From: Lama glama
Taxonomy: Eukaryota
Assembly: GCA_028534125.1 (NCBI GenBank)
Contig: CM052817.1
Location: forward strand, 15,440,001 to 15,504,000
Reading direction: 5' to 3'
DNA length: 64,000 bases
Shown: piece after piece, positions 51,921 to 64,000 of the stretch
How the letters are laid out: each line of letters opens with the position of its first letter
Numbering within the stretch: position 1 is the first letter of the stretch
The notes under the pieces: model-generated
Told to the model about the DNA's origin: nothing
Database searches by the model: none
What the model saw: only the letters and a program-made list of their open reading frames with translations
Position numbers and translations under genes: made by a program

Positions 51921-53229
51921 AAGTGAAAGCATTAGAATAACATTAATTTGTCTTTAATTCTACACCAGAAAAAAATGGGCAATGCTGAGTCAAATAACCA
52001 CGAAGGTTTTTGCACTCTTGAGTTTCTGAACCCTCTGCAGCCCAGGCTTGCTGCGGTCCGGTCTTCCCTTGGAGCAGCCCCAGGGACTCCACCTACTCCC
52101 AACTCTCTAAAGATGCAAACACCAACTCTATCCCTCGAGGATCCTCTTCCCTCGAGCTTCCTTGCAGAAAGTAACGGTCTCCCGGGCTCCCTTCTCCTTC
52201 TTCCAGTCCCCAAAGACAAGTGCACATGACATTTTAAAATATTACTATTAATCACCCCAGAGAAATACAGAAAAGTAAGCATAACAAACACAAGGGAATT
52301 CCAAAGTTTAAGAAATCATACGGATTTCTTCACCCTTCTCTTACTGAGACAGTCACTGAGAATCAGTCCCCCTCCTCCTCCCCTGCATTTTGTCAAACCT
52401 TTATTGTTAAGGGTGGAGTTCAGCCATCTCCTCAAGCTAGTCTAGAGCAAATCCTTTAAGAAGAGGGCATGCTGCCTCCTTTCTCAGGAAAGCCCTTTCC
52501 TTTAAATAGCTGGCCTGAATTCCTTCATATCTGAATGTTAGTTCAACACATATTTAGTGAAACTTGCTTTCTCCAGGTACTATGCTGGACCCTGGTACTG
52601 CAGCAGTGAAAATGACATAGCTCCTGCCCTTGCGGGGAGGTTGGGGGTGGGCGGAGCTCACCCAATAGTGGTGGAAGAAACTGAATACATACACATTTCC
52701 CAGGCAGTGTCCTTTTCCCAAGTGAATAATATTTTCAGGTAACCTCCATGGCGGCAGGAATTTTTTTTTAATATGTTTTTTCCCTGCTATATTCCCGTCA
52801 CCGAGAATAGTGCTCAGCAAATAGCTGATCCTTGTAAATGCACTTTCTATCATGATTGCCATCTACCCAAATGGAAAGGTCTTTGAACATTTCCTCAAAA
52901 AAGAACTGATTACTTTTATGGCTGAGGTATTTAAAAATAGTTCTGTAAGATTAATATTCTTCATATTCATAAAACTTATAAAAAAACATTTGTTGGAAAT
53001 GATTTTACTTCATTCACAACTTTACTTTTCTTCTGTAAAGTGTATTAAACATGTCACTTAGTGGGTTGCACTAAGATTTATTATGTTTAGGCCCTAAACA
53101 TGGGGGAAAGGGAGGTAGGGGAGGAGGCAATCAGTATGAGAACTTCAAAACATCACCAGGCTTCTTATAGTGAGATTAGTGTGTTTGGGGTCCATACTTG
53201 TAGTAAATTGTATTTTTAGCATTATCTCC

Positions 53230-53500
53230 CAACACACATGCTCTGCTTTCAGTGTGGACTTGACAATCCTTTTATTGAGAGGCAGAGTCTCAGACCTCTG
53301 TCCTTGAATTTGTGTGGGCTTGTGACTATAGCAGAAATGATGCTACGAGACTTCTGAAGCTGGGCATGGGAGCAACGTAGGTTCTGCCTGGTTCTCTTGG
53401 GACACTCGCTTTCAGAGCTCTGAGAAGCCATAATAGCAGCTGGTTGTTTTCAAGTCACCATGCTGTGAGGAAGCCCAAACTACATGCAGAGTCCAGAAAG
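53230..53500 (+). mobile_element. MaLR LTR fragment (MLT1)
   Basis: ccttgaatttgtgtgggcttgtgact...agcagaaatgatgct...caccatgctgtgaggaagcccaaact. Confidence 0.75.
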
Positions 53501-53654
53501 AGACTGGATGTGAAATTCTTTGAAGAAATAGGAAACTGGAACAATTCAATGTTGAGTTGTGCTGAGTCATTTTCACTCAAAACCGACTAGCATGTTATTG
53601 TTCAGTGTCCTAGTGCTCATTCCTTATTGGGTTTTTAATAGCATTCAAATACAC

Positions 53655-53898
53655 TTTCCTCTTTCTTTCTTCATTCCATTCTTCCTCCCTTCCTTCCTTC
53701 CTTTCTTTCTTTTTTTCTTTCTTTCTTTCTTTCTTTCTTTCTCTTTCTTTCTTCCTTCCTCCCTTCCTTTATTCCTTTCTTTCTTTCTTTTTCTTCCTTT
53801 TTTCTTTCTTTCTTTTCTTTCTTTCTCTTCCTTCCTTCCTTCCTTCTCTCCCTCTCTCCTTCCTTCCCTCCTTAATTTCTTTCTTTTTTCTTCTTTTA
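53655..53898. repeat. (CTTT/CCTT)n polypyrimidine simple repeat
   Basis: About 240 bp of almost pure C/T, read directly. Confidence 0.95.
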
Positions 53899-54554
53899 GG
53901 AATTATCTCTTCATCATTACTGTGGTTGGTCTTGGAAGAATTATAGGTAAATCAACATAGCAAGGGTGAGTGAGGTATCCAAACTTCTGTGGACATTAAA
54001 TCTTGGGCAGAGTAAGATAATAACCAAAAAGAGAGAGAGAGAGAGCCAATTCATCCCATCTATCATGAGGAGATTATTAGTCAATATTCTTGAGATCCCT
54101 GAAGCAGTTCTGGCTTTCATCCTATTCTGAACACATTTTTGTGAACATTCTTGTAATCCTATGCAAATTCCTTTTCTGTACAAATTATCTAGCATACAAT
54201 TTGTATGTAGTCTTAGATAATACAAGTTGAGTTTGGAGTTTTTAATATTCAGACTGATCAATCTATACAAATACTGACAACAAACTAATGCTGAATCTCC
54301 AGCAGATCAGCATATCTGGTCCAGCAGACCAGAAGATCATTTTGGCCCTGACACATTTCCTTACATTTGCTATTCCTTAGTCAAATTGATGTTTAGGGCT
54401 TCCTGGGGTCAGAGCCTCCTTTTTCCCTATTTTTTTTATTACATCATGGATTTTGTAATATTCTTACAAATTAGTATCTATTCCTCAGAAAATTTAGAAA
54501 ATAGTAATAAGCCAAACAGAGCAGAAATGAAAAAGGAGGAGTGGAATCTTTTTG

Positions 54555-54870
54555 TATTACTAGAGAACATACCATTGCAAATAACAAAATGTCCAAATTT
54601 GAATGAACTTATCAAACAAAGAAATTTATTGGTTCATATAACCAAACTGCAGCAGGGCAAGGATGGTGCTGTTCTCAGGGATGACTGGAGCCAGAGACTG
54701 AACATGTCAAGACTTTCTCTGGATTTTCATCTGTGCTCATCTAAGTGGAGCTGTTGTACTATCTCATGCATCATAGCTTGGCAGTAGAAGGGTTTAATTA
54801 TAGGCAATTCCAGGCTGAGATTTGCACCAGTACATATAGGTGACCTCAAGGAAAGAAGCATGTTATCTAG
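54555..54870 (-). mobile_element. Old MaLR LTR fragment (MLT1K/L-like)
   Basis: ttgcaaataacaaaa...acaaagaaatttattggttcatataacc. Confidence 0.6.
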
Positions 54871-57009
54871 CTGACTCTGTCTTTATTTGGACGCTGTAAT
54901 TTTCAAAGGTTCTACAAATTTCTTTCTGAGTATGAGAGAACCTGATCAACTCATATAAACTAGTTAGCATGAGGCAGTCAGTTCTGTCCTCCTCAGCCAG
55001 TTGTACAGTCAGTTAAATATTTGACACTTAGTTATTGGCATGTAGACTCCAACCCCATTTCTACTGCCATGAAAAGAAAGCTCCATGATAACTCTCATTA
55101 TGTCAGAAGAAGTAGCAATTCTACTCAGCTTTGGCTGCCAATTCACATGATGATTCCCAAGTCTTTGGCATTTTTAATACGTAGGATCATCAGCTACTGA
55201 ACAGTTACCAGCTACAATCGATACAAAAGCTTTTCGTGCAATAAGAAGGAAGGAAAAATGTATAAATATTATATACCTACTGTTTGTCAAGTACATGCTT
55301 ATTTCTCTGAATATGTTTCTCAGTCCTTTCCCTCAACTGTGTAAACAGTGCCCTAGGGTACATATGCTAAATTATCACAACATCTCCGTTCTTGAGCAAG
55401 GACCCAAGCCTTCTGTTATACATGTTGGAGTTTTAGAGGAGCAAAACATAGCAAGTCTATTTCTCACTAACATTTGGAACCAATTAATAGATAGACAAAC
55501 TTGATGGGAATCAAATTACTAGCTTCATTATTGATTTAAAAAAACTAGATTGAAGGGTTTGGCTGAGGTTTGCAAACAAATAGGGTTCTGTGGCTCTCTG
55601 TTCCATGCTCATTCTTCCATATCATTGCTGGATTTAGGTGTAGGGTGAGGGATAGTGCCTACAAAATACATATACATGCTTAAAAAGGATGCTTTATGAT
55701 ATTTTGGAGCAACAGGGAAGAAAGGAGAACAACTCCATAGTATTTCAATCATTGACAGGAGTATCTTACTTGATAAGGAATTTTGGACTGACTGATGACT
55801 ATTGCTATTTCATGGGAAATGCTGAAGATATAAAGAAGGAATAAAAGGCAAGGATATCATTCTTTATCTATTATCATGGAGGTAACTCCATCTGAAAATA
55901 TAAAGTTAGACATGTGGTTCCTCCAACCCTGCATGTTTTGACTGCTACAATACACTAGAGATGAGTAAGAATAGTAGTCTGGATTAACCAAGCAGTCTAC
56001 ACTCAAGCGCAGGGGAATCAGTTTTCTCTCTAGGTCAGATTCAGCAGTACTGAAGTCTTCCAAGTGCTGATTATCCAGGAATCCCATAATGTATGGCTCT
56101 CCATCCTCTCTCCAGTACTCCAAAATTCTTCACCCAGAAGCTCATTCCCATCCTAGTTTCTCTGTCCCTAAATCCAAATGCATCTCCATGCCCTCCCAAA
56201 CCGCCTCTTATTGCCCATGGGCAATGGCAATACATCATCAACAAAATATCCTGCAGTTATTTTCAAAGTTTTCTCTGATTGCTCCCTTCCTTTTCTTTCT
56301 CTAACTGAAGTATAGATATCCCCTGAGAACTCTTTTTCTCTACATCTCTCAACCACAGGATAGATTTCTCCCAGTTCTACAGATCTTAAGATCCTTATAT
56401 CATGTCTATTTCCTCCTAATTTCTCATTGCTTCTTTCAAACCCTTTTGTTCCTTCAAAGACCCCAAATTCCTTGAAGTGCCTGTTGTCAGATGTCATCAT
56501 CTACTTCTACTTTTGATGTTGCCATTTACCATTTCAGTCCTTCATTCTCATTTGTAGATGAACATATACATTCCTCAGATACCCCTACTACTACTTTTGT
56601 CATTTCTGACACCCATCATGAGCAGAACAGCTTTAGCCACCATGCTAGACTCTCACATCTTCTAAGTCCTTCACCAGAAATATCTTCTTCCACATCACTT
56701 CAGCCTCTCATATGATCAAATCCTGAGATTTATACCAATAACTGCATTTCCCTGTATATCTCTCTCTCCTCTTTTGTCACTCTCTCTACAAATAGTACCT
56801 ATTTGCCTTTTTAATTAATTTTCTCTTGAACTCCCACTCCAACAATTTTCCAATATCATTGAGCTTTCTAATCCATTGAGTATGACATTTATCCTTTCCA
56901 TTACCCTCTTCAATTCTCACATCCCAATTTACTCTCATTTCCATAGGCTGCCATAATAATTATTTTTCAAATGCTCTTAACTTCCTCGTTCATATTTACT
57001 ACTTTCATA

Positions 57010-57985
57010 GTCCCTATATTTTTTTCTATACTGTGTAACAAATTACTGTAAATGTAGTGACTTAAAACAGCATCCATTTATTATTTCACACTTTCCATAT
57101 ACAGTGGAATACTACTCAGCCATAAAAAGGAATTTGTAATAACATGGATGGACTTGGGGTTATTATGCTAAGTGAAGTAAGCCAGACAGAGAAAGACAAA
57201 TACTGTGTGATATCACCTATATGTGAAATCTAAAGAATAAAACAAACTAGTGAATATAATAAAAAAGAAACAGACTCACAGATAAAGAGAACAAACTAGT
57301 GGTTACCAGCGGCAAGAGGGAAAAGGGGAGGAGCAAGATCGGGGTAGAGGATTAAGAAGTACAAGCTACCATGTATAAAATAAATACACTGCAAGGATAT
57401 ACTGTACAGCACAGAATATAGCCAATATTTATAACAACTATAAATGGAGTAAAACCTTCAAAATTGTGAATTACTGTTGTACACCTAAAATTTATGTAGT
57501 ATTGTGTATCAACTATTCCTCAATAATCAATCAATCAATCAATCAGTCAATCTGGGTGTTAGCTGAATGCAATGCTCATGGGATCAAGTTGTCAGCTAGC
57601 TAGACTCTGTTCTTCTCTGGAGGTTCCACTAAAGAAGGACTCACTTCCAAGCTCCCTCAGGTTTTTGGCATAATTCCTTTTCCTTGTGGCTATAGATTTC
57701 ATGAAATTTCCTTCTTCAAAGTCAACAAAAGGGGGAGTTTCTGCTGTCTAAATTCTCTATCTTCAGGGAAGGCTTGGTCACTCTTTTAAAAGACTTACCC
57801 TTACCTGACTAGGCGAGGCCTATCTAAGATAATCTCTCTTGGATTAACTCAAATTCAGATAATTAGGAATCTAAGAAATCTGCAGATTCCCTTCACCATT
57901 TTCATATTCTGTTGGTGAGAAGTCAAGAAGAGGGTATTGTATATCTATGACTTTGAGGGGATCAATTTAGGGTATGTCTGCACAG
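57010..57985 (-). mobile_element. MaLR LTR (MLT1D/E-like) split by an L1
   Basis: tgtaacaaattact...gacttaaaacagca...tttattatttcaca on the left of the L1, and cacttccaagctccctcagg...gataatctctcttggattaactcaa on the right. Confidence 0.8.
57097..57552 (+). mobile_element. 5'-truncated L1 3' end with an (AATC)n tail
   Basis: ggaatactactcagccataaaaagga, agccagacagagaaagacaaatactg and acagactcacagata. Confidence 0.92.
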
Positions 57986-57999
57986 GCCTCTCAAAATCT

Positions 58000-58021
58000 C
58001 ACACACACACACACACACACA
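58000..58021. repeat. (CA)n microsatellite
   Basis: Read directly from the sequence. Confidence 0.95.
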
Positions 58022-60634
58022 TTTGGCTAATTGGTTACTTTTCAAACACATGAAAAATCTCAAGTGGCTATTTAACACTGGACATACTTCACAAGAAAAA
58101 TCCCTCCCACTCCTAGGAAGAAATTTGCACATATTTTACTTCTCACCCTTAGCTGATGACAGTGCTTTATACTCCAAAGAGAGCTGCCTCATCCTTGTGC
58201 TGTTGAGTCTACCAACACCCCATCCTCTGTACCCACTCTGCCTTTCATTCTGTCTCTGCTTCTGTTTAAGACCAATGTCTTCGCCTCGTACCACAGATTC
58301 CTTTCTCATGAATCACTATCTCAAGGAGCTCATGCTGTGATCATCTCTTTTTTACGTTGTATCACTTCATCCCTCTTCCCTAAAAAACGTTTATTAACAC
58401 CATCTCCAAGAACAATCTCTGCAATTTTTCTGTAAGTCTAAAATTATTCCAAAATAAAAGGTTACAAAAACAAAAGTGAAATAATGTCCTTTTCTCTCCA
58501 GATCTTCCTGTTGCCTTTCGATTCTGATTCCTATCACACCAAAGTTCCTTAAGAGCTGTTCCTAGTCACTCTGAATATCCTCACCTCCCTCTCTCTCTTC
58601 AGTCTGTCTTAATCTAATGTCATCTTATCAAGGACATCACTGACTTTCCTTCCTACAGTAGGCGATACTCAGTTCCTCATGCTTACCTTCAGTTAACCGC
58701 TCCCTCCTTCGTGAATACCCTTTTTCTCTGGGATTCAATGGCACTATGGTACCATTCTTGACTGTTTGTTTTGTTTTTCTCTCTCACTTTACTGGTCTCT
58801 TCTCCCCAGTCTCTTTGCTGATGACTACTTTAGATGCTGGAATATCCAGAGCTGTCTCCTTAGCTCTGTGTTTCCTACCAACAGTCCTTCCATTGGTGAT
58901 CTCATCAGTCCTGTAACTTTAAATATGGCAACTCTTCTAATGATCTGTCTGTCACAGGATGTTCTCCAGGCATCCAGATGCATACAACCCACTTCTTATT
59001 CATCGTCTCCTTTGAATGTTTAAAATGCATCTCAAATTCCACATGACCAGCGTAAAACTAGTTATTTTCTTCCAAAATCTAATTTCTCACAGACATCTTC
59101 TACCTCACTCAAGATACTCCCACTTAGTTGCTTAACTCAAAAACCTGTCAGTCTCACTTTTCTTCTCCTCTCTTCTTCATAGTCCATATCCAAGTCACTT
59201 GGCCTTTATTCAATAATATATTCTAAATATGATTGCATGGTAGATGGCTCTTCCCTGATCTCTTGTAAAGCACCACTACATCCTTTTTGCATTCTCTCTC
59301 CTGTTAGCCCCAGTTTAGCACTTCCAAACTTTTATCTGTCCCTAAAATTCTTATAGTCTTTGTTTATTTTTTTCTCAGTTTCACCCTTGTAGGAGAATGT
59401 AAGCACTTTGAAGGCAAGGACTCTATGTTATTCTCCAAATAAGGGAACTAAAGCTCAGTTTTGAGCAAAAAGTGGTAAAAATGGGATTTGAATAAGTTGG
59501 TCTCCAAGCCCATGTTCTTTCTCTTACATCACTAAGAAGAAAACTGCCTTCGATTAATAGTAAAGGAAATGTATTTCATCTCTACAATTGTATCCTTTAT
59601 TTTCCAACCTTAGTTTGCTTTTGAAGAGATACTATGAACAGTGGGCCACAATATTTCTGATATCATGATAGACAGAGGTAATAATAACTTAGCTCAAGAA
59701 GTGATGCTTCTTGGCTATCACCTTGGGAATCACACAGAGTTTCCTTCTAAGATAAGGCACAACCTGGCCTGTAACCTATGGAATCATTTTTATTAAAAAA
59801 AAAATTCTTATAGTGGTAGATTTCATCTGGTTTAAAGTTAAAACCTTTAAATATTTTTTTCCAGTTTTTAACCTGTCCTCTTACTGACCAAAATCCACTC
59901 TGAAGAGAATCACTGGAAGCACATCCTCCTGAGGCATGATTAAAGAATAACCTGGCAGACTAGCATCATGAGTTCTAATCCCAGGTAGAGCAGCTACCAG
60001 TTTCATGGCTTCAGTACCTAAATTTTATAGACTTTGGTTTCCAATATCAACCAAGGATTTTAATTAGAGATTTGCCAACTTTATTACATAATCCAGATAC
60101 ATGTAGTTCATACTTTTAGTCTGGGCCAATTTTGATCAAAGAACGGGCTCTCATTTACATTTCCCAGGAAGAATCCACATCTTTCCAAAGTATCAGTCAT
60201 GGATAGAGAATATGGTGAAGAATTTATAAAAGGGGACAGAGGTGGAAATTTTTCCCCCTCCTCAAAGATGTAAAATTCATTCTCAAGTAGACTCATTCTC
60301 TCTAGTTCCTCCTCCTACTGTTTCCCACCGCTGGAGGTTCCATCTGCTGTCCCCCTCTATGGAGCATCCGAATTCCTTGGCTCCATTTGCTCTTCTTCTG
60401 AATTCTACTCCTCCCATGGCTTCTCACATTATTAGAGCATTTGCACTCACCCTACCTTATTTCTCCAAATTTGCTTACTCAAACACATTCCAATATTCAG
60501 CCAAGTGCTGTCCAGCTGCTATGTGAAGGGGGATTCTCCCTACTTAGAAGATATTTGTGAAGGGGGGCAGTTAATTGTTAAATTATCTTACAGTGAGGAT
60601 ATTCTTACTTAGCATTTCCTGAACTAAGTCTCTC

Positions 60635-60985
60635 TGTATATGTCAGAGTAGTTTGGGTTTCAAATTACAGAATAGTCCCATTCAAAATGCCTTAAAGAAA
60701 AAAGGAATTTATTATTTCATATCTTACATCCAAAAGTCAGGTTCTATGTTCTACTAGCATAGCTTCAAAGATGTTAGCAAACACCAGGTACGTTCTCTCT
60801 CTCTGTTCTGTCATGTTCAGCATTGTTTTACCTTCAGGCTTGTTTCTGTCTTGAAAGCAAAAGTGTTGTCAGTAACATCCTGATTACATTCTTCCTTGTT
60901 TACATATGGTGGAAGTATGTGAGAAAAACTCCATCCCTTTAATTTGATTGAGCCATTTCAAATCACATGCTGACTCCGCTGGTTG
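60635..60985 (-). mobile_element. Old MaLR LTR (MLT1K/L-like)
   Basis: aaattacagaa...ccttaaagaaaaaaggaatttatt...tgattgagcca...atcacatgc. Confidence 0.6.
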
Positions 60986-60990
60986 ACTCC

Positions 60991-61082
60991 TAGGTGATCA
61001 TAAAATGTACTTACTAACCACACTGGGACAACAGGTGTAAACCCGGAGAGGTCACAGTAAGCTCAGACATATGCCCACTCTA
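60991..61082. mobile_element. MER94-like hAT-Blackjack MITE, internally deleted
   Basis: taggtgatcataaaat...actgggacaacaggtgtaaacc...acatatgcccactcta. Confidence 0.6.
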
Positions 61083-61534
61083 ATTATAGTTGCTAAATCA
61101 ATGTCTTATGCTAACTTTAATCTCCCCAATAGTGTTTATTTTTTCAGTGCTTTAGTGAAAAACTCCTGGTTTTCCTCTTTTCTGGTTTTCTCCTTTAGTT
61201 TTCTTTGTCCATCTCTTAAATATTAGCTTCTTAAAGATTGTGCTCTGAGCCTTTCTCGCACAGCATTTTTCTCTCTCTGGATAATCCAATCTACTCTAAT
61301 TGCATCATTTATCATGTACATGCTAATAACATCAAATATTTATCTCAGCCTACACGACACCCATGAACTGCAAATACACACTAGCGCTTGCAAAGACATG
61401 TTGAACATCATTAAATTGATGCTCTACAGACACCCCTTAAATATCTAGTATTTGAGTACCAGGTACTATTGTGAAATTTTTACATATATTATATAATTTT
61501 TGTAGTAACTCTATGGATTCAGGACTATTATTAT

Positions 61535-62033
61535 TGCATTAGTCAGGGTTTTCCAGATTAAAAAGATGCAATAAGTTGTGTGTATATATAAATATATACT
61601 ATATATATATGTGTATATGTGTGTATGTGTGTGTGTGCATATATATGTATATATCTACACACGACATATATATACTTTGGCTCATGTTATAATGGAGACT
61701 GGTAAGTCCAAAATTTGCAGAGTGGGCCAGCAGCTAGAGACTCAAAAAATAGCTGATGCAGCAATTCAGATCTAAAGGTGATCTGCTGCAAAATTTTCTC
61801 TTGCTCTCAGTAGTTGTTCTTTTGTTTCATTCAGGCCTTCAGCTGGTTGGATGAGGTCCACCAACACTTTGAGTAAAGCAGAGTACAATCTGCTTAACTC
61901 AAAGTTCACCAATTTAAATGTTAATCTCAACCAAAATACCAAGATACCACCACATAAATATACAGAATGATGTTTGATCAAGTATCTGGGCACCATGGCT
62001 CAGCCAAGTTGTCACATGAAATTAACCATCACA
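61535..62033 (-). mobile_element. ERVL solo LTR (MLT2D-like) inserted in a MIR
   Basis: tgcattagtcagggttttccaga...gccaagttgtcacatgaaattaaccatcaca with exact TSD ATTAT at 61530-61534 and 62034-62038. MIR(-) halves lie at about 61440-61534 and 62034-62178. Confidence 0.92.
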
Positions 62034-62179
62034 ATTATCTAATGACATTCTAAAGATAAAGAAATCGAGGAATAGGGAAATAATTTGCCCAAAGCCACAC
62101 AGCTAATTAATGGTGGAGCCAGGATTCAAAACCAGGCAATCTGGTTCCAGAGCCCATTCTCCTAAATACCATACTATTT

Positions 62180-62567
62180 CAAATTTCTCATCTCTAATAC
62201 TGAACTCGTTATGTGCTTGAACCCCCTCAAAACTTGGTTCTCCTTCTGTGTCCATCACACCGTTGGAAAGAATGATTCTAATTACTTGCCCTAGTGGTCT
62301 ACTTAGAGGTCATTTTTAACTGTTCTCTCATATCCAATCAACTGTTATTATTTCAATCACCTAAATTCATCCCTACTCCAAATTTCCAAAGCTATTACCT
62401 TAATTTTCACCTCTGTCCTTTCTCACCACAATCTCTTTTGTAAGGAATGTTGCAACTAGAAGTACCTGATGATTTCCTTCAACTATACATACACTTTTTT
62501 GCATACACTATTTTCTCCAGCCTGGAACACATTCCTACCTCCCTGCCCATATACATTCATGTGCATG

Positions 62568-62599
<32 letters not shown>

Positions 62600-62875
62600 C
62601 ACACTATCAACCTAGGTTGTATTGATCAATTAACGCCTCAGGTAAGAAATTGTTTTTCTACAGAATCATTTATTGACCTACTAAGACCCAGTAAATTGGT
62701 CCCTTTAAAGACTCCCACAGCTTCATTTCTCAGTGCATATCACTTGCAGTCAGATTACCTGGCTTAATTACTTGTCACCTCCACTAATTAATATGCTCCT
62801 TGAAATCTTCCATATTTGGTCTAGTGCCTGTATACAGTTGTCACTCAATAAATTATTGTTTGTTGAATACGTTTC
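62180..62875 (+). mobile_element. L2 3' fragments with (CA)n at about 62568-62595
   Basis: ctagtgcctgtatacagttgtcactcaataaattattgtttgttgaat is the L2 terminus. Confidence 0.7.
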
Positions 62876-63884
62876 TTTGTTCTTCTCACACAACCACCCC
62901 ATTTCTCTTGAATTTGTAACATCCAACTCAGGCACGACATACAGAAGTAACAGGTTCAGGTCAGCATGCAGCATCATGAAAAAATGTAAGGGAAGTGTGC
63001 ATTGCTTCTGAATGTTTAAAAATACACCCTGTCTATTGTTTTATGGTTAGATAATGTGCAGAGAGTCTATGCTTTGCCACATGAAACTGATGATCCACTG
63101 GATCAGTCAGGAAGGTACTGAGTTTCATCTAGGTTAATGAGCAAAGCAACCTCAAGAGGAACTCATTTCAGATTGTCAGCATTATCCATGAAAGCCAAAG
63201 TGGACAGGTCACATGAGAAATGGAAATAGGAGGTATTCTGGTATTCTGTTGAGCCTGGATTAGTGAAAGGAGAAACAGGGCCAGAGTCCATGATTGCAGG
63301 AAAGGAATGGAAGAGATGGACCAAAGATAAAAGAGGACAAAGGTTTGGTCCTGTGGACAATTTTTCCCTTTTTTAATCATTAAAGAACTGAAGTCTAAGA
63401 AGTAGTAAAGGCAGGACCTCAAGACTTTGGGAAAGTATATCTTAAATTTATAAGCATAAGGCAATCTACTGATCATGTGTGGCCAAGTTAAAGTTTGCCT
63501 TGGTTGGAGCTTCAGGGCTACTGAGCAAAGATCAACATTGGTCACAATAAACTCATGAAATTGTGAGCTGAGACTACCACTGAGAGACAATGGAAGGTAC
63601 TGAAAACAACAGTAGAAGTTTGGTTTTCCTTGATGATTTTGCCCAGAAATACATTAGAAGTCCTTTCTTCCTGACTTTTTAAAATAGAGTCTTCCTATCA
63701 TCAAAGCCTGGTTTATAGGAAATATTTCTAGGTACAAAATGTTTATTTTTACTTGCTTCTCTCTGTTATTCCTTTAGAATCTCCTCTTACCCCGCTCGAC
63801 TCTATCCCACACCGTAACAGTTAAGACCATAAACCCTGCAGACAACGCCTGGGATAAAATCTCTCCTGTGTCACATCCTAGACA

Positions 63885-64000
63885 GTCGAGCTTGGGCAAG
63901 TTGCTCAAACTCTCTATACCTTGGTGTCCTGGTTTGTAAAGTTAGGAAAATGAAAGTGTCTACATATCAAGTTGTTGTGAAAATTAAGCAGTTAAGTACA
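63885..64000 (+). mobile_element. MIR fragment
   Basis: cttgggcaagttgctcaaactctct...gttgttgtgaaaattaa. Confidence 0.8.

Larger units (their letters stand above)
56150..59420 (+). mobile_element. Long decayed L2, interrupted by an MLT1 LTR and an L1
   Basis: C/T-rich L2 ORF2-type sequence with ggtgatctcatcagtcc...actttaaatat and gcatctcaaattc. Confidence 0.65.

Noticed and set aside
51975..51992. TIAM1 homology (MGNAES N-terminus)
   Set aside because: The similarity ends after six residues, so no gene symbol is justified.
53559..53960. 133-aa hydrophobic membrane protein ORF
   Set aside because: Translation of a CT-rich simple repeat.
1..64000. The supplied ORFs as protein-coding genes
   Set aside because: All are 170 aa or shorter, many use non-ATG starts or lie in repeats and microsatellites, and none resembles a protein I recognise apart from L1 remnants.

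Overview
AT-rich mammalian genomic DNA, most likely from a camelid (camel, llama or alpaca). The basis is a tRNA-derived SINE at 10041-10192 that matches my recollection of the camelid Vic-1 family, plus many short cetartiodactyl-type L1 3' ends. I find no recognisable protein-coding gene, structural RNA gene, CRISPR array or prokaryotic system. The ORF track is mostly chance ORFs in repeats, and the only recognisable peptides are decayed L1 ORF1p and ORF2p remnants. Much of the window is interspersed repeats (L1, L2, MIR, MaLR/ERVL LTRs, hAT DNA transposons) and microsatellites, so it looks intergenic or deep-intronic. Best-supported notable observations: an L1 3' transduction bounded by a 19-bp target-site duplication (16935-17261), several nested insertions with visible TSDs, and an L1 fragment with a 25-bp inverted duplication. 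A repeat-poor block at about 24.5-33.4 kb holds an 18-bp perfect palindrome beside a CTCF-like site, a candidate spliced non-coding transcript whose branch point lies in a hairpin, and an ETS-IRF composite motif. I cannot support a new biological system here. Repeat family names come from recalled consensus sequences, and boundaries are approximate unless a TSD is given.
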